Source of the DNA: Thermoplasmata archaeon
GTDB lineage: Archaea > Thermoplasmatota > Thermoplasmata > Lutacidiplasmatales > UBA184
Reading direction: 5' to 3'
Assembly (NCBI GenBank): GCA_035502035.1
Contig: DATJUZ010000049.1
Span: 5,475 to 69,474 of the forward strand
DNA: 64,000 nt
How positions within the stretch are numbered: the first letter of the stretch is position 1; each line of letters starts with the position of its first letter. The notes under the pieces are model-generated. The model did no database searches. It was not told the origin of the DNA and saw only the letters and a list, made by a program, of their open reading frames with translations. The position numbers and the translations under genes are program-made. Positions 17,386-25,968 of this stretch are shown one piece after another.

Positions 17386-17539
17386 CCCAGTCCTCGGCTT
17401 CCTTCGGGGCAGGCTGGACCGCGAACGGCTCGACGGCCTCGACCTCGAGCTCCGTTCCGCAGTCGGTGCACGGGAAGACCTCTCCGAGCACCTTGTCGTG
17501 GTTTTCGACGGGGGCGGCGCATTCCGGGCATTCGGTCAT
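17378..17539 (-). CDS. lysW: Amino-group carrier protein LysW (53 aa zinc-ribbon protein ending in EDWGE)
   Basis: Translation MTECPECAAPVENHDKVLGEVFPCTDCGTELEVEAVEPFAVQPAPKEAEDWGE. Two CxxC pairs and the C-terminal EDWGE are canonical. Not in the ORF track because it is under 60 aa. Confidence 0.85.
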   Translation of the reverse strand: MTECPECAAPVENHDKVLGEVFPCTDCGTELEVEAVEPFAVQPAPKEAEDWGE

Positions 17540-18972
17540 GTGGTTCCCTCGCTGACGAGCTCCTCGATGAGCTCGACCTTGCGGCCGAGCGAGGAGAGGG
17601 AGGTGCGGCGCGCGGCCAGGCGCGCGTCGGCGTGCTCGAGCTGCGCGGCGAGCGGCAGCGGGCCCGGGGCGCCCCGCGAGCGGCGCCGGGCGAGCGCGGC
17701 GACCGGGTCCGGAAGGATCGTGAACGAGCGGCCGCCCGCGGCGGCGGAGAGCTCGCGGCCGCCCGAGCGACCGGGCGGAGCGAGGGAGGCGTCCCGGACC
17801 GCCTCGTGGGCGTCCCGGAACGGGACGCCCGCTCCGACGAGCTCCTCGGCGAGGTCGGTGGCGTACAGCTCGGGGTCGCTGGCCGCCTCGCGCAGGCGCT
17901 CCCGGTCGAAGCGGAGCGCACCGATCAGGCGGTCGAGCGCCTCGACGGTCCCTCCGACCGTCGCGACGGCGTCCAGGACCGCCGCCTTGTCCTCCTGCAG
18001 GTCCCGGTCGTAGGCGAGGGGCAGTCCCTTGAGCGCCGTCAGGAGCGCGACCAGGTCGCCGACCGCCCGGCCGGCGCGGGCCCGCACGAGCTCGGCGACA
18101 TCCGGGTTGCGCTTCTGGGGCATCAGGCTGCTGCCGGCACCGAGCGCGTCCGTCCGCTGGACGAAGCCGAACTCCCGCGTCGCGAACAGGACGATCTCCT
18201 CGCCGAGGCCGCTCGCGTGCACGGCGAGCAGGGCGAGGTCGAACAGCAGCTCGGCGAACGGGTCGCGGTCGCTGACCGCATCCAGGGAGTTCTCGAACGC
18301 CTCGGCGAAACCGAGGCGCCGGGCGGTCGCCTCCGGGTCGAGGGGGACGCCGGTCCCCGCGAGCGCGGCGGCGCCGAGGGGGGAGCTGTCGGAGCGCGCG
18401 ACGGTCGCGAGGAGCCGGTCGAGGTCCCGGTCGAACCGCCAGAAGTGCGCGAGGAGATGGTGGCCGAGGCTCACCGGCTGGGCGCGCTGCAGGTGCGTGT
18501 AGCCGGGCATCGGGGTCGCCGCCTCGGCCCGCGCCCGCTCGAGCAGGGTCTCCTCGAGCGCCAGCAGCGCCGTGCCCAGCCGGTGGACCGTGGCGCGGAG
18601 GTACAGCCGCTCGTCCACCGCGACCTGGTCGTTGCGGCTGCGGCCGGTCTGGAGCTTTCCGCCGAGCGGTCCGACCAGCTCGATGAGCCGGCTCTCGAGG
18701 TTCGTGTGGACGTCCTCGAGCTCCTCGCGCCAGGCGAACGTCCCCTCGGCGACCTCTCGCCCGATCGCGCGGAGCCCCGCGGAAAGGGTCCGGGCCTCGG
18801 CCGCGCTGAGCACGCCGGCCCCCTCGAGCGCCGTGACGTGGGCGAGGCTCCCGGCGAGGTCGTAGCGGGCGAGCGGGCGGTCGACCGAAAGCGAGCTGAC
18901 GTAGCCGAGCGCCGGGGTCCGAACGTACGACGGCGCGGGCCGGGGGGCTTCTGGGCTGCCGGGGGTCGCCAT
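17536..18972 (-). CDS. argH: Argininosuccinate lyase
   Basis: The fumarate-lyase signature GSSLMPQKRNPD is present. 478 aa from the ATG at 18972. The long in-frame upstream extension in the ORF track is rejected. Confidence 0.85.
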   Translation of the reverse strand: MATPGSPEAPRPAPSYVRTPALGYVSSLSVDRPLARYDLAGSLAHVTALEGAGVLSAAEARTLSAGLRAIGREVAEGTFAWREELEDVHTNLESRLIELVGPLGGKLQTGRSRNDQVAVDERLYLRATVHRLGTALLALEETLLERARAEAATPMPGYTHLQRAQPVSLGHHLLAHFWRFDRDLDRLLATVARSDSSPLGAAALAGTGVPLDPEATARRLGFAEAFENSLDAVSDRDPFAELLFDLALLAVHASGLGEEIVLFATREFGFVQRTDALGAGSSLMPQKRNPDVAELVRARAGRAVGDLVALLTALKGLPLAYDRDLQEDKAAVLDAVATVGGTVEALDRLIGALRFDRERLREAASDPELYATDLAEELVGAGVPFRDAHEAVRDASLAPPGRSGGRELSAAAGGRSFTILPDPVAALARRRSRGAPGPLPLAAQLEHADARLAARRTSLSSLGRKVELIEELVSEGTT

Positions 18973-18974
18973 CG

Positions 18975-20210
18975 CTACGGCCGGGGGGTCGGCAGGTCGT
19001 TCGGCGGCGGCTCGTTCGGCGTGGCGACGGAGGCCCAGGTGCGGCTTGGGAGCCCCCAGACGTAGATGAACCCCTCCGCCATCTCCCGACGGAAGCGGTC
19101 GCCGTCCGAGTACGTGGCGAGGCCCGCCCGGTAGAGCGAGGCCGGCGAGCGGCGCCCGGCGACGCAGGCGCGGCCCTTCGCGAGCTTGACGGTCACCTCG
19201 CCGTCCAGGCGCTCCTGCGTCGACGCCACGAACGCATCCAGGCTCGCCCTCAACGGGGCGAACCAGAGGCCGTCGTAGACGAGCTCGGCGTAGCGCTGCT
19301 CGGCCAGCCGCTTGAAGCCGAGGACGTCGCGCGGGAGGACGAGCGCCTCGAGCGCCCGGTGCGCCTCGAGGAGGACGGTCGCCGCGGGGCATTCGTAGAC
19401 CTCCCGGCTCTTGATCCCGACGACCCGGCTCTCGAGGTGGTCGATCCGCCCGACGCCGTGCGCGCCGGCGAGCGCGTTCAGCCGCGCGACCAGCGCCTCG
19501 AGCGCGAGCGGCTCGCCGTCGAGCGCGGTGGGGACCCCGGCGGCGAACCGGACCGTGACGTAGGCGGGCTCGTCCGGCGCGGAGAGGGGCGAGCATGTCC
19601 AGGCGTAGACCTCCTCCGGCGGCTCGATCGATGGGTCCTCGAGGATGCCGCACTCCACCGACCGCCCCCAGAGGTTCTCGTCCGTGCTGTACGGCGAGCG
19701 CTTGGTCGCCTCGACCGGGATCCCGTGGCGGTCGGCGTAGGCGATCTCCTCCTCCCGGTTCATCGTCCACTCCCGGGCGGGGGCGATCACCGCGAGCTCG
19801 GGCGCGAGGCTCTGGGTCGAGAGCTCGAAGCGGACCTGGTCGTTGCCCTTCCCGGTGCAGCCGTGGGCGACGGCCGTCGCCCCGACGCTGCGCGCGACGC
19901 GCACGAGGTGCTGGGCGATCAGCGGCCGCGCGAGCGCCGTGGAGAGCGGGTAGACCCCTTCGTACAGGGCGTTGGCGCGCAGCGCGGGGGTGAGGAACTC
20001 CCGGGCGAACTCGGCACGGGCGTCCGAGACGTAGGCGTCCACGGCGCCCGAGGCGAGCGCCTTGCTGCGCACCCGCTCGAGGTCGACCGGTTGGCCGACG
20101 TCCGCGGTGACGGTGACGACGTCCAGCCCCTTCTGCTCCCGCAGCCAGGGGATCGCCACGGAGGTGTCCAGGCCCCCGGAGTAGGCGAGGACCACCTTCG
20201 ATCGTCCCAT
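18975..20210 (-). CDS. argG: Argininosuccinate synthase
   Basis: AYSGGLDTS is the PP-loop motif. 411 aa. Confidence 0.9.
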   Translation of the reverse strand: MGRSKVVLAYSGGLDTSVAIPWLREQKGLDVVTVTADVGQPVDLERVRSKALASGAVDAYVSDARAEFAREFLTPALRANALYEGVYPLSTALARPLIAQHLVRVARSVGATAVAHGCTGKGNDQVRFELSTQSLAPELAVIAPAREWTMNREEEIAYADRHGIPVEATKRSPYSTDENLWGRSVECGILEDPSIEPPEEVYAWTCSPLSAPDEPAYVTVRFAAGVPTALDGEPLALEALVARLNALAGAHGVGRIDHLESRVVGIKSREVYECPAATVLLEAHRALEALVLPRDVLGFKRLAEQRYAELVYDGLWFAPLRASLDAFVASTQERLDGEVTVKLAKGRACVAGRRSPASLYRAGLATYSDGDRFRREMAEGFIYVWGLPSRTWASVATPNEPPPNDLPTPRP

Positions 20211-20244
20211 CGGCGCGTGCGAACGAGGCGGGGACGGTCCCGCA

Positions 20245-20256
20245 GAGATTTATACG
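20245..20256. promoter_or_regulatory. Shared AT-rich TATA element (gatttatacgac) in the divergent argG / ACT-regulator intergenic region
   Basis: It is the only AT-rich hexamer run in the 98-nt intergenic region. It reads TTTATA on the + strand and TATAAAT on the - strand, ~35 nt upstream of the argG ATG. Confidence 0.4.
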
Positions 20257-20287
20257 ACGCGGCCGCTCAGCGACAGCATCGGGCAGA

Positions 20288-20307
20288 TTTGTCCGAAACA
20301 AGACAAA
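20288..20307. promoter_or_regulatory. Perfect inverted repeat TTTGTC-N8-GACAAA immediately before the ATG of the ACT-domain regulator gene (candidate operator)
   Basis: Read directly from the sequence: tttgtccgaaacaagacaaa, then ATG at 20309. Confidence 0.4.
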
Positions 20308-20308
20308 C

Positions 20309-20959
20309 ATGTCGGACGCTACCGTTCCCATCGCGCGTCGCGTGCGGGAGTACCTGGACGCGCACCCCCCGCTCGGGGACGCGCTGCGCGCGGGGGTCGC
20401 CAACTACGCGGCGATGGGCCGGCGGGTCGCGGGCGACCTCGGGATCCGGCAGCTGGACGGCGTGGTCGCGGCGTGCCGACGGTACCCCCGGGGCCGCGGC
20501 GAGGCCTACGGCGAGGGCGCCGTCCGACGCGTCCTGCGGAAGAGCCGGATCGAGTCCCGATCGAAGGTCGCCGCGATCACCGTCCAGCTCGGGACCGACG
20601 TCCTCCAGCGGCTCGGCGACGTCGTCGAGGAGCTCCTGGACGAGAACCTCCTCTGCCGGGTGATCCAGGTCTCGCGCGGCACCGTGATCCTCGTCGATGA
20701 GGACTCCGTCAGCCGGGTGACCCGCCCCCTCCGCGAGTCGAACGTCGTGCGCGTGCGCCGCGGGCTCGTCGAGGTTGCCGTGACGAGCCCGGAGAGCATC
20801 GAGGAGACGCCGGGGCTCCTGCGGCTGCTGTCGGGGCTCCTCGCCACGCGGGCGATCAACATCGTCGAGGCGCTCTCCTGCTACACCGACACGATCTTCC
20901 TCCTCGACGAGAAGGACCTGAGCGCCGCGATCGCCACGCTCACCCAGGCGCTCGTCTAG
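20309..20959 (+). CDS. ACT-domain protein, predicted amino-acid-metabolism regulator (COG2150-like)
   Basis: The C-terminal VEVAVTSPESIEETPGLLRLLSGLLATRAINIVEALSCYTDTIFLLDEKDLSAAIATL looks like an ACT fold. It is transcribed divergently from the arg/lys cluster. Confidence 0.45.
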   Translation: MSDATVPIARRVREYLDAHPPLGDALRAGVANYAAMGRRVAGDLGIRQLDGVVAACRRYPRGRGEAYGEGAVRRVLRKSRIESRSKVAAITVQLGTDVLQRLGDVVEELLDENLLCRVIQVSRGTVILVDEDSVSRVTRPLRESNVVRVRRGLVEVAVTSPESIEETPGLLRLLSGLLATRAINIVEALSCYTDTIFLLDEKDLSAAIATLTQALV

Positions 20960-21062
20960 CCCCGCCCCGAGCGGGCACCGGTCGCCGCCGGAAGGTTAAG
21001 GGGCGCACCCCGATGCGGCCGTCCTTGGGCGGCCGGCGAGCGTCCTCGGGGCCCGGCGGCCG

Positions 21063-22175
21063 ATGAACCCGACCTCCGAGAGCGCGGTGGCGCGCGCGAC
21101 GCTGGGAGCCTACCTGCGGGTCCGGGCCGGCGAGGCGGTCACCGTCGAGGCATGGAGCTCCGCGCTCGACTGGGCGCGCGCGCTGGTCCTGGAGGCTCGC
21201 CGACGCGACGTCGAGCCGATCCTGGTGGTCGAGGACGAGGACGGCTTCTTTCGCTCGCTCGAGGGCGGCGGACCGGTCCCGACGGCCCCGGCGACGCTCG
21301 CCCGGCTCGGCGGAGCCTACGTCTACCTCTCGGGGCCGGAGGCGTTTCCCCGCGCGTTCGGCCTGGAGCCCGAGGAGCGTCGGGCGGTCGTCGCTCGCCA
21401 CGGGCCCGCCTGGCGGGCCGCCGCCCGGGGCTCGGGGCTGCGCGCGGTGGCCCTCGCGGTCGCTGGGGTCGGTCCGACGGCGGCGGCCCGGTTCGGCGTC
21501 GGCGTCGACGCCTGGAGGGAGGAGGTCGTCCGCGCGAGCCTCGTCCCACCGGCACGCCTGCGGGCGACCGCCGGCCGGCTCGTCCGTCGGCTCGCCCGGG
21601 CTCGACGCCTGACGGTCCGGCACGCGAACGGGACCCGTCTCGAGCTCGCCGTGCGCCCCGGCCGGTGGCTCGAGGAGGCGGCCGGCGAGGACCGGGGCCG
21701 CCACCGGTTCGACCCGGTCTGGTCGAGCGTGCCGACCGGGCGACTCACCGTCCCGGTCGCTCCCGGCTCGGCGAACGGCCGCTGGGAGGCGAACCGCCCT
21801 CACTACGATCGCTGGGGCGAGAGCCCGGTCGGCGACGGGGGCCGGTTCCGATTCGCGGACGGAAGGCTCGAAGAGTACGCGTTCGACCGGGGTGGGGAGG
21901 AGTTCGCCTCCCTGTCCGCCGCCTCCCGCCGCGCACCGGGGATCGTCCGGGCGCTGACCGTCGGACTGAACCCGGCCGTCGTCCGCGCTCCTGAGGTCGG
22001 GGACCTGTCCCTCGGACGGCTCGGACTCTGCTTCCAGCTCGGGCGTCCCCCGGGCCGGACGGGGGTGCTCCCCGGAGAGTTCGTCTCCGCGTTGCACGGA
22101 GCCGAGGTCGACCTGGACGGCCGCCCCTGGCTCTCCGACGGTCAGGCGGTTCGGGCCCGTGGCGGCTCGGGGTGA
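21063..22175 (+). CDS. Putative metallo-aminopeptidase of the M29 (AmpS/PepS) type, tentative
   Basis: The N-terminal A..LGAYLRVRAGEAVTVEA...LVLEARRRDVEPILVV pattern resembles the M29 N-terminus. The C-terminal match is weak. Confidence 0.3.
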   Translation: MNPTSESAVARATLGAYLRVRAGEAVTVEAWSSALDWARALVLEARRRDVEPILVVEDEDGFFRSLEGGGPVPTAPATLARLGGAYVYLSGPEAFPRAFGLEPEERRAVVARHGPAWRAAARGSGLRAVALAVAGVGPTAAARFGVGVDAWREEVVRASLVPPARLRATAGRLVRRLARARRLTVRHANGTRLELAVRPGRWLEEAAGEDRGRHRFDPVWSSVPTGRLTVPVAPGSANGRWEANRPHYDRWGESPVGDGGRFRFADGRLEEYAFDRGGEEFASLSAASRRAPGIVRALTVGLNPAVVRAPEVGDLSLGRLGLCFQLGRPPGRTGVLPGEFVSALHGAEVDLDGRPWLSDGQAVRARGGSG

Positions 22176-23125
22176 GCGGTCCCTCCGCCGAGCTCGTCCG
22201 AAGCGCTCGACGGCCGCTCGAGTTCCGGCTCGAGCGCCTCGACGAGCTGCTCCGCTGCGCCGAGGTGGCGAGCGGAGAGCTGCTCGACGTTGACGCCGAC
22301 CGGCACCGACAGCCCCTGCTCGACGACCGCCGCGCGCACGGCCGACCAGAGCTCCCGCGCGTTCTGCACACTGCGGGCGCTGATGTCGTGCCCCTCGGGC
22401 TCGAGGATCGCCCGCTCCACCTCCTCGGGAAGGTCGGCGCCGAGCCAGCGGACGAACGATGCGTCCGCCTCGTCTCCGACCGGCGCGACGCTGACGAGGA
22501 CGGCCGCCGGGGGGACCCCGGCGTCACGACAGAGGCGGTCGTAACGACGCAGCAGGTCGAGGATCCCGCTCGGGTCGAAGAGCAGCTGGGTCGTGAAGAA
22601 CGACGCCCCGGCCCGCGTCTTCGCCAGCATCCGGTGGGCCTCGCCGGTCCGTTGGGGGATCGCGATGTTCCCGAGCAGGCCCCCCGCGCCGGCCAGCACC
22701 GGACGCACGACCCCGTTCGCCGCGGCGACCGGAGGACCGGGGTAGGGGATGTAACGGCTCGAGCCGCCGACCAGAACGACATGGCGCAGCCCGAGCCGAA
22801 CGGTCTCCTCGGCCCATGACGAGACCGCCGCCTCGTCCGGGAGGTGGGCGACGACCTTGGTCACGACGACCTCCCGACGGGCCCCGAGCGCCAGCGCGGC
22901 AGCGTAGGCGCGCGGGTCGGCGGTCCGGTAGAACGGACGGCCGTCGTGGTTCTCGTCGATCAGCTCGGGGACGCTGATCGCGTCGACCCGGCTCCGCCGC
23001 TCGACGAGCCCGAGCGTCGCGTCGAGGCTCGTGGAGAGGCGGGACGGAGCGGCCCGTGCCGGGGGAGGGACGATCGAGAGGACGAGCGGGTGGGCGTGAA
23101 GCGCCAGCGCCAGCGGACGGGCCAT
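22142..23125 (-). CDS. Methylenetetrahydrofolate reductase-like (MetF family) protein
   Basis: TTQLLFDPSGILDLLRRYDRLCRDAGVPPAAVLVSVAPV matches the MTHFR C-terminal FFD...C...GI.VPI.PGI.P region. Start is the internal ATG at 23125 (MARPLALALH...). Confidence 0.55.
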   Translation of the reverse strand: MARPLALALHAHPLVLSIVPPPARAAPSRLSTSLDATLGLVERRSRVDAISVPELIDENHDGRPFYRTADPRAYAAALALGARREVVVTKVVAHLPDEAAVSSWAEETVRLGLRHVVLVGGSSRYIPYPGPPVAAANGVVRPVLAGAGGLLGNIAIPQRTGEAHRMLAKTRAGASFFTTQLLFDPSGILDLLRRYDRLCRDAGVPPAAVLVSVAPVGDEADASFVRWLGADLPEEVERAILEPEGHDISARSVQNARELWSAVRAAVVEQGLSVPVGVNVEQLSARHLGAAEQLVEALEPELERPSSASDELGGGTAHPEPPRARTA

Positions 23126-23287
23126 CGAGCCGGCGGAACCCCTTCGCCTCGGAATACCACCGCGGGCGGGCGATATAGGCTCTCGCGCGCGGGGGAGCGT
23201 TTCACGCCGCGTCGGACGGTTGCACGGCGAGCAACCCGCGTCGCTCCGACCCGAGCGGCTAAGGCCGGCGGAGGCGTCCCGGAAACG

Positions 23288-23767
23288 ATGCGGGGGAGCC
23301 GGATCGGCGCCTGGCTCTCCCTCGTACGGCAGGGTCTCGCGGTCGAGGTCGGCTTCGGCACGCACTCGCTCGAGACGCTGGTCGCGATCGCCGAGAGCGT
23401 GGAGCAGGGCGTCTACCGGCCGGGTTCGCTCGCGAGCAGCGACCGGGGGATCGTCGTCACGCTGGCCAACCCCCCGCTCCGCGTGGGCGCCTTCGGAGGC
23501 GTTCGGGCCTGGGTCGACGGATCGGCCGTGGCCCCCGAGCGGCTGCGCGTTCGAGCGGGGGCCGGCGGCGTCTGGAAGGCGGCGTCGACGCTCTCCGAGG
23601 CGGACCCTCTCGTCCTCGCTCCGGGCCGGCCGACCGAGCTGGCGCTGGACGGGATCGACCGCGCCCCGCGTCGACGGGTCCGCGTGCGGCTCGAGTTTGA
23701 CAGCGTCGCGATCCCCCCGCTCGTCTGGCTCGAGTTCGACGACGAGTTGCCGGAGCCCTCCGCGTGA
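23288..23767 (+). CDS. Hypothetical 159-aa protein translationally coupled (GTGA overlap) to the downstream debranching-type glycosidase
   Basis: ORF from the ATG at 23288 (MRGSRIGAW...). Its stop overlaps the GTG start at 23764. No recognisable motif. Confidence 0.35.
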   Translation: MRGSRIGAWLSLVRQGLAVEVGFGTHSLETLVAIAESVEQGVYRPGSLASSDRGIVVTLANPPLRVGAFGGVRAWVDGSAVAPERLRVRAGAGGVWKAASTLSEADPLVLAPGRPTELALDGIDRAPRRRVRVRLEFDSVAIPPLVWLEFDDELPEPSA

Positions 23768-25926
23768 CCGACGACCTGGGGTTCGGGCCGACGTTGCTGC
23801 GGTCGATGAGCTCGGCGATCCTCCTCGACCGTCGGGGGGACGTGCAGCTCGGGCGCGAGTGCCGGGGCGCCGTCATGGAGTGGGGCGGGGTGTACGCCCA
23901 GCACGTCCGCCTGACGGGGGGGTGGAGGGTCCGGCTCCGGACGGACGGTACCGACCACGACCTCGTGGCCGGCCGCTCGTCCGCCTCGCTCGAGGGCGAG
24001 CGGTTCGTCTCGGACCACGTCTGCGGGCCGATCTCGGTCCACCAGGAGGTCGCGCCGCTCGCCTCGCCCGCGGGCGCCGTGCGGCTCCTCACGCTGGAGC
24101 AGGCGGGCCCGGGACCCCGACCGGTCGTGCTGACGAGCCTGATCGAGCCGTACCTGATGCCGGTGCTCGTGGAGGGAGTGCGCCCGGTGGAGCTCGAGAT
24201 CGAGACGCGTGTGCACGAGCTGCGACTGCGTCAGCGCGGCTTCGCGCTCTCCGTGCGTTCGGACGTGGGACCGAGCCGTCTGTACGTCGATCGGGCGTCG
24301 TGGAGGGGAGGCCGGAGACGGGGGTCCGTCGACGAGCTCGGGGTCGACTACGACCTGGAGCTGCCCGCCGGCGAGCCTCGCACCCTGACGCTCGTCGTCC
24401 TCGGGGGCGTCGAGCGCGACCTCGATCGCGGGGTCGGGCCGGGGGCGGTCGAACTCCCCTCGCCTGCGGGGTCGGCGGACGCGATCGCGGCCGAGGAGGC
24501 CGCCTGGTTCGCCTCGACCCCGACGATGTCGCTCCCGGACGCCCCCGAGCTCGAGCGGGCCTACGCGCACGCCCGTGCGGGCCTGCGTCGCCTGTACAGC
24601 CGGCCGGCCGAGGGGATGACCGGCCTGGTCGCCGGCTATCCCTGGTACTCCGCGTTCTGGTGCCGCGACCTCGCCTGGATGCTGCCCGCGGTGATGTGGC
24701 TCGGGGACCTCGACTTCGCCCGCGCGTCGATCGCGACGGTCCTCGCCTTCCAGGCGACCCACCCGATCGAGCTGCTCGCCGCCGAGCCCGGGGAGCTGCC
24801 CATGCAGCTGTCGCCGGGACCGGTCTTCCTGTTCGGGACCTCCGACACGACGCTCTACTACCCGGGGCTCGTCCATCGGCTGCTGCGGCACGGGGGCCCC
24901 TTCGCCGAGCTCGCCGGCTGGTGCGACGCCCTCCGCCGTGCCGTCGCCTGGGGCGAGCGGCGGACCGACCCGGCGACCGGGCTCCTCCGACACGGCGGCG
25001 AGGTCGAGCTCGTCGAGCGGGCCTCCCGGGAGCTCGCGAAGGTCCGCTACGGCATCGACGCCCCCGACACGACGATCTGGGACTCGACCGACCGTCGCGA
25101 CCACGCGGTCGATGTCCAGGGGCTCTGGTACGAGGCGCTGCGAGCCGCCGCCGAGCTCGAGGCTCGCCGCGGCGAGGAGGGGGAGGCCCGTCGCCTGGCC
25201 GCGAGGTCCGAGCGGCTCGCCGAGACCCTGCGCACCGCCTACGTCTGGGACGCCGAGCGCTACCTCTACGACTCGCTGCGCGACGGGGCCCCGGTCCGCA
25301 AGCTCCGACCGAACGCGCTGCGCCTCGTGAGCGCCGGACTGCTCGATCGTGCCCGAAGCGCCGCGGCCGTCCGGCGGGTCGCCGAGAGCGACCTGAGCAC
25401 TCCGTGGGGAGTGAGGACGCTGGCCGCGACCGACCCGGGCTACGCTCCGACGGCCTACCACGACGGGCAGGTCTGGACGATCGCGACGGCGTGGGCCGCG
25501 GACGCCGCCTACGCCGCCGGCCTCCCGGCCCTGGGGCTCTCCTATCTGCGTACGATCGCGGCGCGCTACGAGGCCGAGCCGTATGGGGCGAACGAGTGCT
25601 ACCGCGGCGACCGTGCGGAGCCGTTCAACTCCTGCTTCCTGCTCGGGTTCAGCGTGGGGCCGTTCCTGTCCGTGCTGTTCGAACGGCTCTGGGGGCTCGA
25701 GGTCGACGCCGAGCGGCCGGGCCTCGCGGTGCGGCCGGCGTTCCCGGACGCTTGGCACGCGGCGGCGCTCGAGCATCTCCGCATCGGGGACGGCGAGGCC
25801 GCGATCCGGTGGGAACCCGGGCTCGTCGAGGTCCGCTGGAGCGGGCGGAGGCCGCTGTCGGTCGCTGCCCCGGCCGCGGCGGGGACCGTCCCCCCCGGCG
25901 GCCGGCTCCGGCTCGCCGCCCGGTGA
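23764..25926 (+). CDS. Amylo-alpha-1,6-glucosidase / glycogen-debranching-enzyme family (six-hairpin) glycoside hydrolase
   Basis: YPWYSAFWCRDLAWMLPAVMWLGD and the C-terminal ...AYHDGQVWTIATAWAADAAYAAG are GDE_C-type motifs. Confidence 0.7.
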   Translation: MTDDLGFGPTLLRSMSSAILLDRRGDVQLGRECRGAVMEWGGVYAQHVRLTGGWRVRLRTDGTDHDLVAGRSSASLEGERFVSDHVCGPISVHQEVAPLASPAGAVRLLTLEQAGPGPRPVVLTSLIEPYLMPVLVEGVRPVELEIETRVHELRLRQRGFALSVRSDVGPSRLYVDRASWRGGRRRGSVDELGVDYDLELPAGEPRTLTLVVLGGVERDLDRGVGPGAVELPSPAGSADAIAAEEAAWFASTPTMSLPDAPELERAYAHARAGLRRLYSRPAEGMTGLVAGYPWYSAFWCRDLAWMLPAVMWLGDLDFARASIATVLAFQATHPIELLAAEPGELPMQLSPGPVFLFGTSDTTLYYPGLVHRLLRHGGPFAELAGWCDALRRAVAWGERRTDPATGLLRHGGEVELVERASRELAKVRYGIDAPDTTIWDSTDRRDHAVDVQGLWYEALRAAAELEARRGEEGEARRLAARSERLAETLRTAYVWDAERYLYDSLRDGAPVRKLRPNALRLVSAGLLDRARSAAAVRRVAESDLSTPWGVRTLAATDPGYAPTAYHDGQVWTIATAWAADAAYAAGLPALGLSYLRTIAARYEAEPYGANECYRGDRAEPFNSCFLLGFSVGPFLSVLFERLWGLEVDAERPGLAVRPAFPDAWHAAALEHLRIGDGEAAIRWEPGLVEVRWSGRRPLSVAAPAAAGTVPPGGRLRLAAR

Positions 25927-25968
25927 GCCGCGCGCGAGGCTTCATCTGTCGCGGACCCTCCCCGGGAC

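Noticed and set aside
11856-20663. Numerous shadow ORFs across the arg/lys cluster (for example 11856..13139 -, 12620..13618 +, 13276..14559 -, 13902..15347 +, 15131..16561 +, 17632..19065 +, 19359..20663 +)
   Set aside because: Each is antisense to a gene with diagnostic motifs (ArgG PP-loop, ArgH GSSLMPQKRNPD, LysJ PLP site) and is Arg/Pro/Gly-rich.
23413-25776. 787-aa minus-strand ORF antisense to the GDE-like glycosidase
   Set aside because: A shadow frame with no motifs. The plus-strand product has conserved glycosidase motifs.
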